This document shows, piece by piece, positions 1 through 9,943 of a DNA stretch of 18,046 nt (its first letter is position 1; each line of letters starts with the position of its first letter). Where the stretch lies: NCBI RefSeq assembly GCF_006345805.1, contig NW_021824593.1:1-18046 (forward strand). The letters run 5' to 3'. The translations under genes and the position numbers were made by a program. Under the pieces are notes generated by a model, which had not been told where the DNA came from, did not search any database, and saw only the letters and a list, made by a program, of their open reading frames with translations. The stretch is from Octopus sinensis. Its lineage: Eukaryota.

Positions 1-11
1 TCGATAATTGA

Positions 12-203
12 GATGGTGGTGGTGGTGGTGGTGACGGTGGAAGTGGTGGTGGTAATGGTTGTATTGGTGGTAATGGAATCAAAGTGGTGTGTGTGTGTGT
101 GTGTGATTGAAGTAGGGGCGAGGGGTAAGGAGGAAGGGTGGTTGTAGTGCTTGGCGTGAGGCAGCGGTGATGGTGATGATGATGGTGGTGATGGTGATGA
201 TGA
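12..203. repeat. Degenerate (GGT/GAT)n triplet repeat with a short (GT)n run
   Basis: Directly visible runs of ggt, gat and gt. Confidence 0.9.
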
Positions 204-258
204 CGGCGGAATGGGATATCCCTGGCAAATAATTCAAAAATGATAGCAAGAGATTGAG

Positions 259-263
259 TGGGG

Positions 264-295
<32 letters not shown>

Positions 296-817
296 GAGAG
301 AGTTGGAGGAGGAATGAAAGAGTAAATAAGAAAGAGAGTAAACGAGAGAAGAGGGGGAGAGAGTGTGAAAACGAGGGAGAGCGAGTGACAGAGAGAGAGA
401 GATATCGAAAGACAGAAAAGAATAGAGAGAGGGAGGGAGAGAGAGAGACAGAAAATGTATGTGAGAGAGAGATAGAGAAAGAGAAAGAGAAAAAAGAGAG
501 ATAGATGGGAAAGAGAGAGAGATAGAAAGAGTGATACAGACAGAGAGGAAAAGAAAAGCAGAGGGAGAGAAGAGAAGAAGAAAGAGAGAGAGATACTGAG
601 ACAGAGAGAGAGAGACAAATGGAGACAGAAGGGAGAAAGAAAAGAAGACAAGAGAGAGAGAGTGAGAGTGAAAGAGAGAGAAAGTGTGTGTTTATCTGTG
701 AGAGAGAGAGGGGGAGAATGTGTGCGCGTGTGTGTGTGAGAGAGAGGAAGAGAGAGAGAGAGAGGAAGAGAGAGAGAGAGAGAGGAAGAGAGAGAGAGGA
801 AGAGAGAGAGAGAGCAG
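259..817. repeat. Degenerate (GA)n polypurine tract, about 560 bp
   Basis: Almost pure G/A on the + strand with several perfect (GA)n runs. It is the source of the Leu/Ser-rich minus-strand ORFs. Confidence 0.95.
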
Positions 818-884
818 AGTAAGGTGAAAGGTTTGGATAAATACAGCGAGTTGCATTGTTGATCACAGCATAAATTAACCGACA

Positions 885-1008
885 TATTTCTTTCTGTCCT
901 TCTTTCACTCTTTCTTCTCGCCTCTCTCGCTCCCTTTTTTAAGTCTTTCACTCTCTCACTCACTCTCCTCTCTCTCTCTCTCTCTCTCTCGCTCTCTCTC
1001 TCTCTCTT
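885..1008. repeat. CT-rich polypyrimidine tract ending in (CT)n
   Basis: Directly visible. Confidence 0.9.
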
Positions 1009-1071
1009 TCCACAATCTGCGCGTGCGCGTCCGCGCTGATACGTTTTGCTCGTGCGAGCGCGCGTCTCTCC

Positions 1072-1206
1072 GTGTGCTGTGTGTATGTGTGTTCGCTGCG
1101 CATGCTGTGCGTTTCTACGAGTGTGTGTCTGTGTGTGCGTGTCTGTGTGTGCGTGTGTGCGTGTGTGTATTCGCGCTCATGCTGTATCCTTGTGTGTTTG
1201 TGTGCG

Positions 1207-1247
<41 letters not shown>

Positions 1248-1252
1248 GTGTG
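1072..1252. repeat. Degenerate (TG)n microsatellite
   Basis: Directly visible. Confidence 0.9.
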
Positions 1253-1330
1253 TCGCTCTTTGTAACATATTAAACTCTGGGTAGCAAAAGTGACAAAACC
1301 TCAGATTTTTACACCAATTTATGATTAAAT

Positions 1331-1392
1331 ATTATATATGTATATATGTGTGTGTATATGTATACATGTATATATATATATATATATAATAT

Positions 1393-1435
<43 letters not shown>

Positions 1436-1462
1436 ACATATATATATATATATACATATATA

Positions 1463-1542
<80 letters not shown>

Positions 1543-1661
1543 TATTGTTAAATATACAAACACACACACACGCATGCACACATACATACACACACACAGA
1601 GAAAATGGATACATATAGATACATTTTAATACTAATATGTGTATATATATAATATTTAATA

Positions 1662-1696
<35 letters not shown>

Positions 1697-1839
1697 GTGT
1701 GTGGTGTAGTATGTATGTATATCTGTATACTTGTATTATATGTGTGTGTATATGTATATATTATATATATATTATATTGATATAGATAGATACACACACG
1801 CTCGCACACACGCAATATATGTATATATATATATATATA
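1331..1839. repeat. Compound (TA)n / (CA)n / (TG)n microsatellite region
   Basis: Long interrupted (TA)n at about 1331-1545, with further TA/CA/TG runs to 1839. Confidence 0.9.
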
Positions 1840-1946
1840 TCAATTCCAAATAGATATCAAACTGGATGATGAGTGCGTTTGAGTAAGGTCAAACCGCTTG
1901 AAAACTTTAGGTATGAGGAAATTTGTTTTATCACAACTCAATTTTT

Positions 1947-1978
<32 letters not shown>

Positions 1979-2338
1979 CACATACACACACACCACTACA
2001 CACAACACATACATACACCACATACACGTATACACACACACATACACACACATACACACACACATACACACACATACACACACACACATACACACACACA
2101 CACATACACACACACATACACACACACGCATACACACACACACATACACACACACACACGCATACACACACACATACACACACATACATACACACACACA
2201 TACACACACATACACACACACACATACACACACACACACATACACACACACATACACACACATTCACACACACACAGTCACTCACACACACACACACACA
2301 CACATTCATATATACATATATACATATATATATATCTG
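1947..2338. repeat. (CA)n microsatellite with recurring CATA interruptions, then (TA)n
   Basis: Repeated cacacacata-type units, directly visible. Confidence 0.95.
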
Positions 2339-2404
2339 TATGTCCGTGTGTATATATATATCATCTCAATTTCCTTGCACTTTCCCCGACATCTAACTCT
2401 TACT

Positions 2405-2712
2405 CGTTCTTCCTTTCTTGTCTCAACTCCTTTCACTTCTTACCACCTCCTTTCCCCCGCTCTCTTGTGTTTCTCTCGTCTCTCTTTCCTTTCCCCCTTC
2501 TCTCTCTCTCTCTCTCTCTCTCTTTTTCACTCACTTTCTTTCTGTCTCTCTCTCTCTCTTATTTTCTCTTTTGAGTTTCCCGTCTTTCGCCACTCTCCTT
2601 TCTTATTTCTTCCTCTCTGTGTCTCTCCTTCTCTCTTCTTTCTTTCCTCTCTCTCTTTCTCTCTCTCTCTCTCTACCTACTCCCCACTCTTTATGCCTTA
2701 TCTTTCTCTTCC
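2405..2712. repeat. CT-rich polypyrimidine tract
   Basis: Directly visible. Confidence 0.85.
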
Positions 2713-2749
2713 CTGTAAGCAATCGCTGTCGGACTTTCGGTTTGCTTAC

Positions 2750-3040
2750 CACCGCCACCGCCGCCGCCGCCACCACCACCACCACCACCACCAACAACAA
2801 CAACAAACATCGACGCTGCCATCGTCATCGGCGTCGCCGCCTCCACTATTAGTACACGGCGTTCGTGCACGAAGCATTCTAACTACAGCCGCCGCCACCA
2901 CCACCACCACCATCATCCTCATCCTCATCCTCCTCCTCCTCATCATCACTACAAACGCTACTTTCACAATCGCCTCATCACCACCACAACTACTACCAGT
3001 GCAACCCATAACAAATTTTAAATCACCACCGCCGCCGCCG

Positions 3041-3083
<43 letters not shown>

Positions 3084-3120
3084 GACTACTACTACGACTA
3101 CTACTACTACCACCACCACT
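2750..3120. repeat. Mosaic triplet repeats (CCG, CCA, CAA, CCT, CTA)
   Basis: Successive short triplet runs ending in (CTA)n. Confidence 0.85.
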
Positions 3121-3526
3121 AAAGAAGCAACAGGGGAACCAAACAAGGGACCCTTGTATGTGTACGTGGTAGCTTGTCCTGCTAGAAATAGCAAAGAAAT
3201 GAACCTGCAAATAACGAGGAGGGATTATCATTGAACAATGCAATTAATCAATCAATCCACTGTTAATATATAATGAGGCAGGATGGCTTGATTGTGGTGG
3301 ATCAAGGTTGACCTAGGGCTAAACACCGACCTCATGCAACCATCGTGTGTTTGCATTGAAAGCATCGCCAACCAACGGCCTTTTCACCTCTCATCTCTTC
3401 ATAGTTCAATGAGGATGACTCTATGTGGTTGCTTGATGTTCTAGAAATAACAGCCAAATATACTATGAAGTAATAATTTTGAGAAATAAAGGGTACATTA
3501 GATAATGCACTCTTAGATAGACAGTG

Positions 3527-3719
3527 TTTACTCTTTTACTTGTTTCAGCCATTTGACTGCGGCCATGCTGGAGCACCGCCTTTTAGTCGAACGAATCGTC
3601 CCCAGGATTTATTCTTTCTAAGCCTAGTACTCATTCTATCGGTTTCTTTTGTCGAACCGCTAAGTTACGGGGACGTAAACACACCAGCATCGGCTGGGGG
3701 GACAAACATAGACACACAA

Positions 3720-3778
<59 letters not shown>

Positions 3779-3941
3779 CGACGGGCTTCTTGCAGCTTCC
3801 GTCTACCAAATCCACTCACAAGGCTTTGGTCAACCCGAGGCTAGTGTAGAAGACACTTGCCCAAGGTGCCACGTAGTGGGACTGAACCCAGAACCATGTG
3901 GTTAGTAAGCAAGCTACTTACCACACAGCCACTCCTGCGCC
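3527..3941 (-). mobile_element. tRNA-derived SINE, family 1, copy A (near full length)
   Basis: The minus strand starts GGCGCAGGAG, with A box TGGCTGTGTGG (3931-3921) and B box GGTTCAGTCCC (3888-3878). It has an internal TA/TG microsatellite and ends in AAAAGAGT-type tail repeats. It is homologous along its length to 15743-16169 and 17520-17795 in this window. Confidence 0.92.
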
Positions 3942-4059
3942 TATGAGTGTTGGTTATAAGAATTGTATGGATATAGTAAAGTTCGTGTCTAAGTTTCATT
4001 GATGACCTTAACTGAGTTTATTTCTCTATTTAAGTCCATGGGTATAGTAACATTATCGC

Positions 4060-4730
4060 TACCACTGAAACTAATGCCACCACTAACACCACCACCAAAA
4101 CCACTACCACCCCTACTATCACCAACATTACCACCACCACCACCACCATGCCACCATTGTCACGACGACCACGGCCATCACCATCACCATCACTGCTACT
4201 ACTGCTAGAACAAAAGCTAGTGAAGCCGCGACACCAACACCAGTGTGTATATACTACCGCCAAGTCTGTAATTTTATATAGTACCACCATTACTATGCAC
4301 CACAGGTACCATCACGGCCATCACACACCAACATCACAACCACCACCATCACCACGACCACCACTACCACCACGACCATCACCACCACCACCTCTACCAC
4401 AACGACCACCACGACCACGACCACCATCACCACGACCACGACCACTACCACCACGACCACATCACCACGACCACCGCCACTACCACCACGACCACCACGA
4501 CCACGACCACCATCACGACCACCACCACCACCACCACCACCACCACTACCACCACCACCACGACCACCATCACCACGACCACGACCACCATCACAACCAC
4601 CGCCACTACCACCACGGCCACCATCACCACCACAACCACTACGCTGCCACTGGCATCATGATCACCACCATCATCATCAACATCGACATCATACCACGAC
4701 GACTCCTTCGCAACATACCATTGCCACCAC
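4060..4730. repeat. Degenerate (CCA)n / CACCACGAC-type triplet repeat region
   Basis: Directly visible. It is the source of the poly-Pro/His/Val ORFs. Confidence 0.9.
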
Positions 4731-5318
4731 GACCGGTTCCTTCGCTACCATTCATTGGTTGGTGGTTATCGTGGTTGGACTGTTATTTTTATCCCATCCG
4801 CCCCCGCCTCACTTGAAAAGGAGTGAAGTTGCTTCCCGTAAGAAGACTTCCTACGAAGCGCCGGAATGTCGGAATGTCGGATTGCGTGGGAGTATTGGAT
4901 GGGATCTTTATTTCGACATTATTTATCGATTCGCCATCTTTTATCTATGGTATCTTGGTAGAAACATACATACATGCTGATCACTTTTCATTATATCATA
5001 CTTTCACCAATACGACAGCCATTCCTTTTTTTCTCTATATAATATATATTTACTGCGGACCGTTTCTTCCCAGTGTTTCCCAAATATGTTTCCCAAATGC
5101 ACCTCAAGCGACATACTACGACCTTAGTTTAATAGTTTACATGTGGAGTGAGTTTGCAAATAGAGAAACCACTATACGTACTAAGTGTTTTCTCAAATGG
5201 GTAAAACTTAGTAATTAGTGATTTTTAATGGGTCTGCTCTTTCTCCCCCACACCCCGCCCCGGCTACTTTAATTCTAAGTTCTCTTCGGCGCAATGCTCT
5301 TTTAAGCAATTAAGTTAG

Positions 5319-5478
5319 TGTCATATTCTGTGTCGTGTTGAATCTCCTTGAGAACTATTTCAAAGGTACGCGTGTCTGTGGAGTGCTCAGCCATTTGCAC
5401 GTCTAATTTCACAAGTGATCTGTTTCCTCGATCGGATCAACTGGAACAGTCATCTTCGTAACCGACGGAGGACCAGTT
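5319..5478 (+). mobile_element. Probable 3' fragment of another interspersed repeat (SINE-like)
   Basis: The sequence aatctccttgagaac...gtgtctgtggagtgctcagcca...gatcggatcaactggaac...cgtaaccgacggag resembles a repeat I recall from Octopus genomes. There is no second copy in the window, so the call rests on recall only. Confidence 0.4.
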
Positions 5479-5540
5479 GAGTTAGCATAGTTTTTACCAA
5501 CATTAGTAACTGGAACACGATCAATAAGAATATGTTGCTC

Positions 5541-5731
5541 TACTGTCGTAGAACTAGACATACTGCCGTAGCATATGTCGACCGTTAGTGAGGTCTGACT
5601 CCAGAGAAGTTTGGTGAAGCATTGTCGTTTCCCTTGACATCAGCAACGGTTTCGGCCATGTTTGTCTAAATTGGCTTCAGTTTCATCCATCTCTATGACA
5701 TTTCTGGGATCAAGAATTTCCTCTTGCAGCC
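5541..5731 (+). pseudogene. Decayed non-LTR retrotransposon (LINE, Jockey/CR1-type) reverse transcriptase fragment
   Basis: Manual translation: YCRRTRHTAVAYVDR**GLTPEKFGE (from 5541), a 1-nt frameshift, IVVSLDISNGFGHVC (from 5621), then FHPSL and, after another shift, IKNFLLQ. This matches the LINE RT segment FR..RST.D.LAYV..W...L..FGE..VVSLDISKAFDRVWH...GFHPSL..WI..FL. Confidence 0.7.
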
Positions 5732-5760
5732 TATGCTGATGCAGACCTCTCTAAGATTGA

Positions 5761-5948
5761 GCTTGACAACCGATGGTGGTGCGTTTACGTCCCCGTAACT
5801 TAGCGGTTCGGTAAAAGAAGACCGATAGAAGACCATAAATTAAGTAACAAATACGCACTGGCGTCGATGCAATCGACTGAATCCCTTTGTCTGTCCTTGC
5901 TTGTCCCCTCTATGTTTAGCCCCTTTTGGGCAGTAAAGAAATAAGAAA
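5761..5948 (+). mobile_element. Chimeric SINE 3' fragments: family-1 segment (5761-5830) joined to a different SINE-like 3' half (about 5834-5948)
   Basis: 5761-5830 is the reverse complement of the segment ctatcggtc...gaaccgctaagttacggggacgtaaacac...catcggttgtcaagc seen in copies A, B and C. 5834-5948 diverges from family 1 but carries the same GTCGA-N5-TCGAC hairpin and ends in an A-rich tail (taaagaaataagaaa). Confidence 0.7.
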
Positions 5949-5984
5949 CTGCTGCTCTTGTGCCAAAATTTGGAACCATTGAAG

Positions 5985-6017
<33 letters not shown>

Positions 6018-6106
6018 TAATAAGTAATAATAATAATAATAATAATAGTAATAATAGTAATAATAAAATAATAATAATAATAATAATAATAGTAATAATA
6101 GTAATA

Positions 6107-6142
<36 letters not shown>

Positions 6143-6145
6143 GTA

Positions 6146-6205
<60 letters not shown>

Positions 6206-6210
6206 GTAAT
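5985..6210. repeat. (AAT)n microsatellite with AGT variants
   Basis: Directly visible. Confidence 0.97.
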
Positions 6211-6440
6211 AAACTGCTCATATCCTACGAAAAATACTTTCTATGTAATCTCAAGGTTTAAAACAAACATAATTTTGGTTTTTTCTTTTAGACATTCACT
6301 AGTACAACACCAAAAAAAAAATATATGGCACACTAGACATAACAACAACATGAACTTCCAACGTGTTGTCTCTGGGTGAGACTTGGAGTCAACTTGTACA
6401 ACTATAAAGCAAAAATCAAACATAGAATAATAATAATAAT
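6211..6440 (+). mobile_element. 5'-truncated R4/Dong-like non-LTR retrotransposon 3' end (family X)
   Basis: 6213-6248 reads TAHILRKILSM*, the typical C-terminus (G-T-A-H-I-L-R) after the restriction-like endonuclease of R4-clade elements. It is followed by a 3' UTR of about 180 nt and an (AAT)5 tail (6426-6440), and preceded by an (AAT)n array. Confidence 0.65.
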
Positions 6441-6879
6441 GATAATTTTATATTTATAAACGACATGATAACTTCCGGTGTACGTATTTTCTTTAAACGT
6501 TGACGTACATTAACAAATTCTGAATATTTTCCCTGCTCCACGCATGCGCGTCTTCTCCACTTCCTAAGATTTCCCGCTTCACACAAACACACATAAACAC
6601 AAATACACACAAATACACACGTACGCTCGCGCATGCTCAGAGTCATTGTCTTTTCCTATTACTCTGACGATGCACCAGATGAAACGACGAAATGTCTTTA
6701 CTTAGTAATTCCATTTTGCAACTAATCACACACGCACACGCGCATGCACGCACGCACACACACACACGCACACACACACACACGCATGCGTGTTTACTCT
6801 GCTGCTTCTTTGCAAACTCGTCCTGAGATCTTTTCCAAATCAGTGATGGATATTTGCTCTCCCAAACAAACAGACATAT

Positions 6880-6900
6880 GCATATATACGCATATATATG

Positions 6901-6957
<57 letters not shown>

Positions 6958-7040
6958 CGCGCGTGCGTGTGTGTGCGTGCGTGTGCATATATATATACAC
7001 TCACACGCACAAGCACATATATATATACATATATATGGAT
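6880..7040. repeat. Compound (TA)n-(TG)n-(CG) microsatellite
   Basis: Directly visible. Confidence 0.85.
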
Positions 7041-7589
7041 TAACGTGTGAGCATAGAATATCGCGCTGGATACGCATATCACTGCAAGGCAGATAGATAC
7101 ACATCTACATGCATGCACATATGCACGTATATGCCAAAACACACGCGTATACGCACGCACGCACACACGCACACGCACGCTTATACGCGCGCACATGCAC
7201 ACATAAGGGCTGACGGCTCGAGAAAGGGAGTAAAGGCACCAAACGGAAGAGCGTGGTGTATTTATTGATTAACATGCAGTGGTTGTGGTAGGAGGTGTGT
7301 GGGGGGGGGGGGGGTTCGCAGTGATTTTGTGTGTTTGTAGTCGAGAGAGAGAGAGGGAGGGAGAGAGAGAGGGAGAGGGAAGGGCGTAGGGGACCGATAT
7401 AAGAAGTACTTTAGAGAGAAGAGAGAGAGAGAGAGATGGTGAGAGTTATGAAATGGAAAGGAGGGGAGGATGAAGAGGATGAAGAGGAGGAGAGGGGGTG
7501 GCTTGGAAATTGCTGATGATGGATATATTGTAAGTAGAGCAGAATATTGCTGTGGTATGACAGCGTGCAGATGATTTATGGAGAAAAAC

Positions 7590-7909
7590 AATCGCCATCA
7601 TCATAAGCATCACCATCGCCCTCACCATCACCGTACCCTCACGATCAACAGCGCCATCACTATCGCCATCATCATCAATATCACCATCACCATCACCGTT
7701 ACTATCGCCATCACCATCGCCATCAACATCAACATCGTCATCAACATCGCCATCGCCATCACCATTACTATCTCCATCATCATCACCATCGCTATCACCA
7801 TCGTCATCAGCATCATTATTGCCATTACCATCGACATCAACATCATCATCATCATATTTATCATCGTAGTCGTCATCCTCATCATCATCATCACCATCAT
7901 CACCATCAC

Positions 7910-7959
<50 letters not shown>

Positions 7960-8176
7960 GACGACGTGCATTGTGCCCACCACAACCCCATCCTTACTAC
8001 AGTAACAGTCTACAATCCGCACCATCATCCCAACAACCACCACCACCACTATTGCTATCATCAGCATCTCATTCTTTTCCTTATCCTTTTCTTCTTCCTC
8101 CTCCTCCTCCTCATCATCATCATCATTATTATTATTACTATTATTATTATTATTATTATTGCTATTATTACTATTA
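7590..8176. repeat. Degenerate (CAT)n array ending in perfect (CAT)n, followed by (CCT)n, (CAT)n and (TTA)n
   Basis: Directly visible. It is the source of the poly-Ile/Met/Asp ORFs. Confidence 0.92.
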
Positions 8177-8528
8177 GTGAAGGCGTATGGCTCAGTGGTT
8201 AGAACGTCGAGCTTTCGATCGCGAGGTTGTGAGCTCGAACCCCGGACCGGGCTGCGTGTTGTGTTCTTGAGCAAGACACTTTATTTCACGTTGCTCCAGT
8301 TCACTCAGCTGTAGAAATGAGTTGCAACGTCACTGGTGCCAAGCTGTATCAGCCCTTTTGCCTTTACTTTGGATAACACTGGTGGCGTGGAGAGGGGAGG
8401 CCGATATGCATGGGCGACTGCTGGCCTTCCATAAACAACCTTGCGCGGACTTGTGCCTGGGAGGGTGACTTTGTATGTGCAATCCCATGGTCAGTCATGA
8501 CCGAAGAGGGTTTCAGATTATTATTATT
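8177..8528 (+). mobile_element. tRNA-derived SINE, family 2
   Basis: A box TGGCTCAGTGG (8188-8198) and B-box-like GAGCTCGAACCC (8231-8242) at tRNA-like spacing. These are followed by ttcttgagcaagacactttatttcacgttgctccagttcactcagctg, which resembles the conserved central domains of invertebrate SINEs, and then by a non-tRNA body. There is no acceptor-stem pairing, so it is not a tRNA gene. Confidence 0.85.
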
Positions 8529-8750
8529 GGCAAGATGACCTTCCCAAGACACAATAATTGGATACAGCACTTGCAAAAAGTTTAATGAGGAAAGGCATTT
8601 GATATTTAACCAATTGGCTAACAATAAAGAAGTGATATTGGACCAGTGCGTATGTTGTTATTATCATCATTGGCGTAATGACCCTCCCGAGACACAACAA
8701 TAATTGCATATTTCAATTACAGAACGTTTAATGAAGAAAGGCAATATTTT
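8518..8750. repeat. Two diverged direct repeats with a period of about 143 bp
   Basis: ggcaagatgaccttcccaagacacaataattg...gtttaatgaggaaaggca (from 8529) aligns with ggcgtaatgaccctcccgagacacaacaataattg...gtttaatgaagaaaggca (from 8672). Each is preceded by an (ATT/ATC)n run. Confidence 0.8.
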
Positions 8751-9089
8751 AGAGAAAACATTTGTTTGCTGAAGGTGAAGCTGTATACACCGTCACCGAG
8801 TGCCATATATATATTTACCTACATATATACACACACACATACATATACTCATGTATATACATAGTTATTTGTAGCTTAAAACAACAGAGTGTTCCTTGAT
8901 GATCATTGATGGTTGAGCATCTAAATGCACTCCAAACAATCATAATGTAAACTTGTATTTATCTTTATGTCACAAACACACTGACACACTCACGCACACA
9001 CATTCTTTACGGATCATATGAAATTTGTACATCATCCGATAAATCTTCCTCATTCAATCAGATCTGAATCTGTCTTCTTTTTCTAATAA

Positions 9090-9477
9090 CATATATACAT
9101 AAAGCTGAAGTTGTCTGTGTATGGCAAGTTTGGTACCCTTCAATTAACACTATCTCCTCCGAGACTCTGCGGCACAAGTTGACCAAAATTGAGGGTATGA
9201 TAGAAGAAGGCTTGCTCTTCCTTCCGTAAAAGAAAAAATTAAATCGGACGATGTTAACACCAAAAATTATTTACATCAAAAAGGTGCTTTTTTTCTATGA
9301 AAATCCCTATTTTTTACGATTTTTTGACTGCTGTGTTGCCATTTTTCGGTGTATTTCAACCAGAAAAATGTTCACTTAAAGAGAATAACAAGCTACATAA
9401 TGCAAAATTTTTACTTTTCAAAAATTCCAATTCTAAAGGGTCGAAACAAACCCGAGCAACGCCGGTGCGTTTCTATG
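9090..9477 (+). mobile_element. Helitron-like non-autonomous element
   Basis: The 5' end (atatatacataaagctgaagttgtctgt) and the 3' GC-rich hairpin acccgagcaacgccggt (9450-9466), followed about 7 nt later by ctatgt (a CTAGT-like end), match the typical layout of non-autonomous Helitron termini. No ORF of note. Boundaries are approximate. Confidence 0.5.
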
Positions 9478-9715
9478 TTATCGTTCTTCTGACTTCAGGA
9501 GACTCCATCGTTCTAGAGCGGTGTTATTGCTGGCTCAAAACCAGATTGCTTTTTAATTCTAACTGCGTAATTCGTTAGTTATAAGGTATTCTTAATAGTT
9601 TCTGAATTTCATTTAAAGCTGTTCACAACAAATCGTTAGCTTTTCCATACATTTTCTGTCCCTGAAGAAACAAGAACACTTTCAAAATCTTCATAATTCG
9701 TAATATAAATACAAA

Positions 9716-9909
9716 CATATATATATATATATATAATATATATTATATATATATATAATATATATATATATATAATGTATGATATATATATATATATATA
9801 GTATATACATACATAAATATTTATTATATATATATATTATGTATGTATGAGTGTGTGTGTGTGTTTATAAATTTGTGCGTGTGTGTATGAGTATATATCA
9901 ACGTATTTA

Positions 9910-9940
<31 letters not shown>
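9716..9940. repeat. Compound (TA)n/(TG)n microsatellite
   Basis: Directly visible. Confidence 0.9.

Positions 9941-9943
<3 letters not shown>

Noticed and set aside
79-3243. Long ORFs of 100-424 aa in the first 3 kb (e.g. 79-963 minus, 1898-3172 plus)
   Set aside because: They are translations of GA, CA, TA and triplet microsatellites that lack stop codons. No domain-like sequence and no convincing splice signals.
3999-4816. Pro/His-rich and poly-Val ORFs
   Set aside because: Read-through of the CCA/ACG repeat. The non-repeat parts show no recognisable protein.
5071-5098. CAGTGTTTCCCAAA, resembling a hAT/Charlie TIR, with a short tgtttcccaaat duplication
   Set aside because: I found no inverted partner or 8-bp target-site duplication in the window.
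6655-6710. CTGACGA...GAAA with an ATTACT/AGTAAT flanking stem, resembling a hammerhead
   Set aside because: Stem II cannot close next to either GAAA, and stem III with its cleavage triplet does not register with stem I.
8182-8250. Possible tRNA gene
   Set aside because: A and B boxes are present, but there is no acceptor stem and it continues into a SINE body.
7446-8274. Asp-rich, poly-Ile and poly-Met ORFs
   Set aside because: Different frames of the (CAT)n array.
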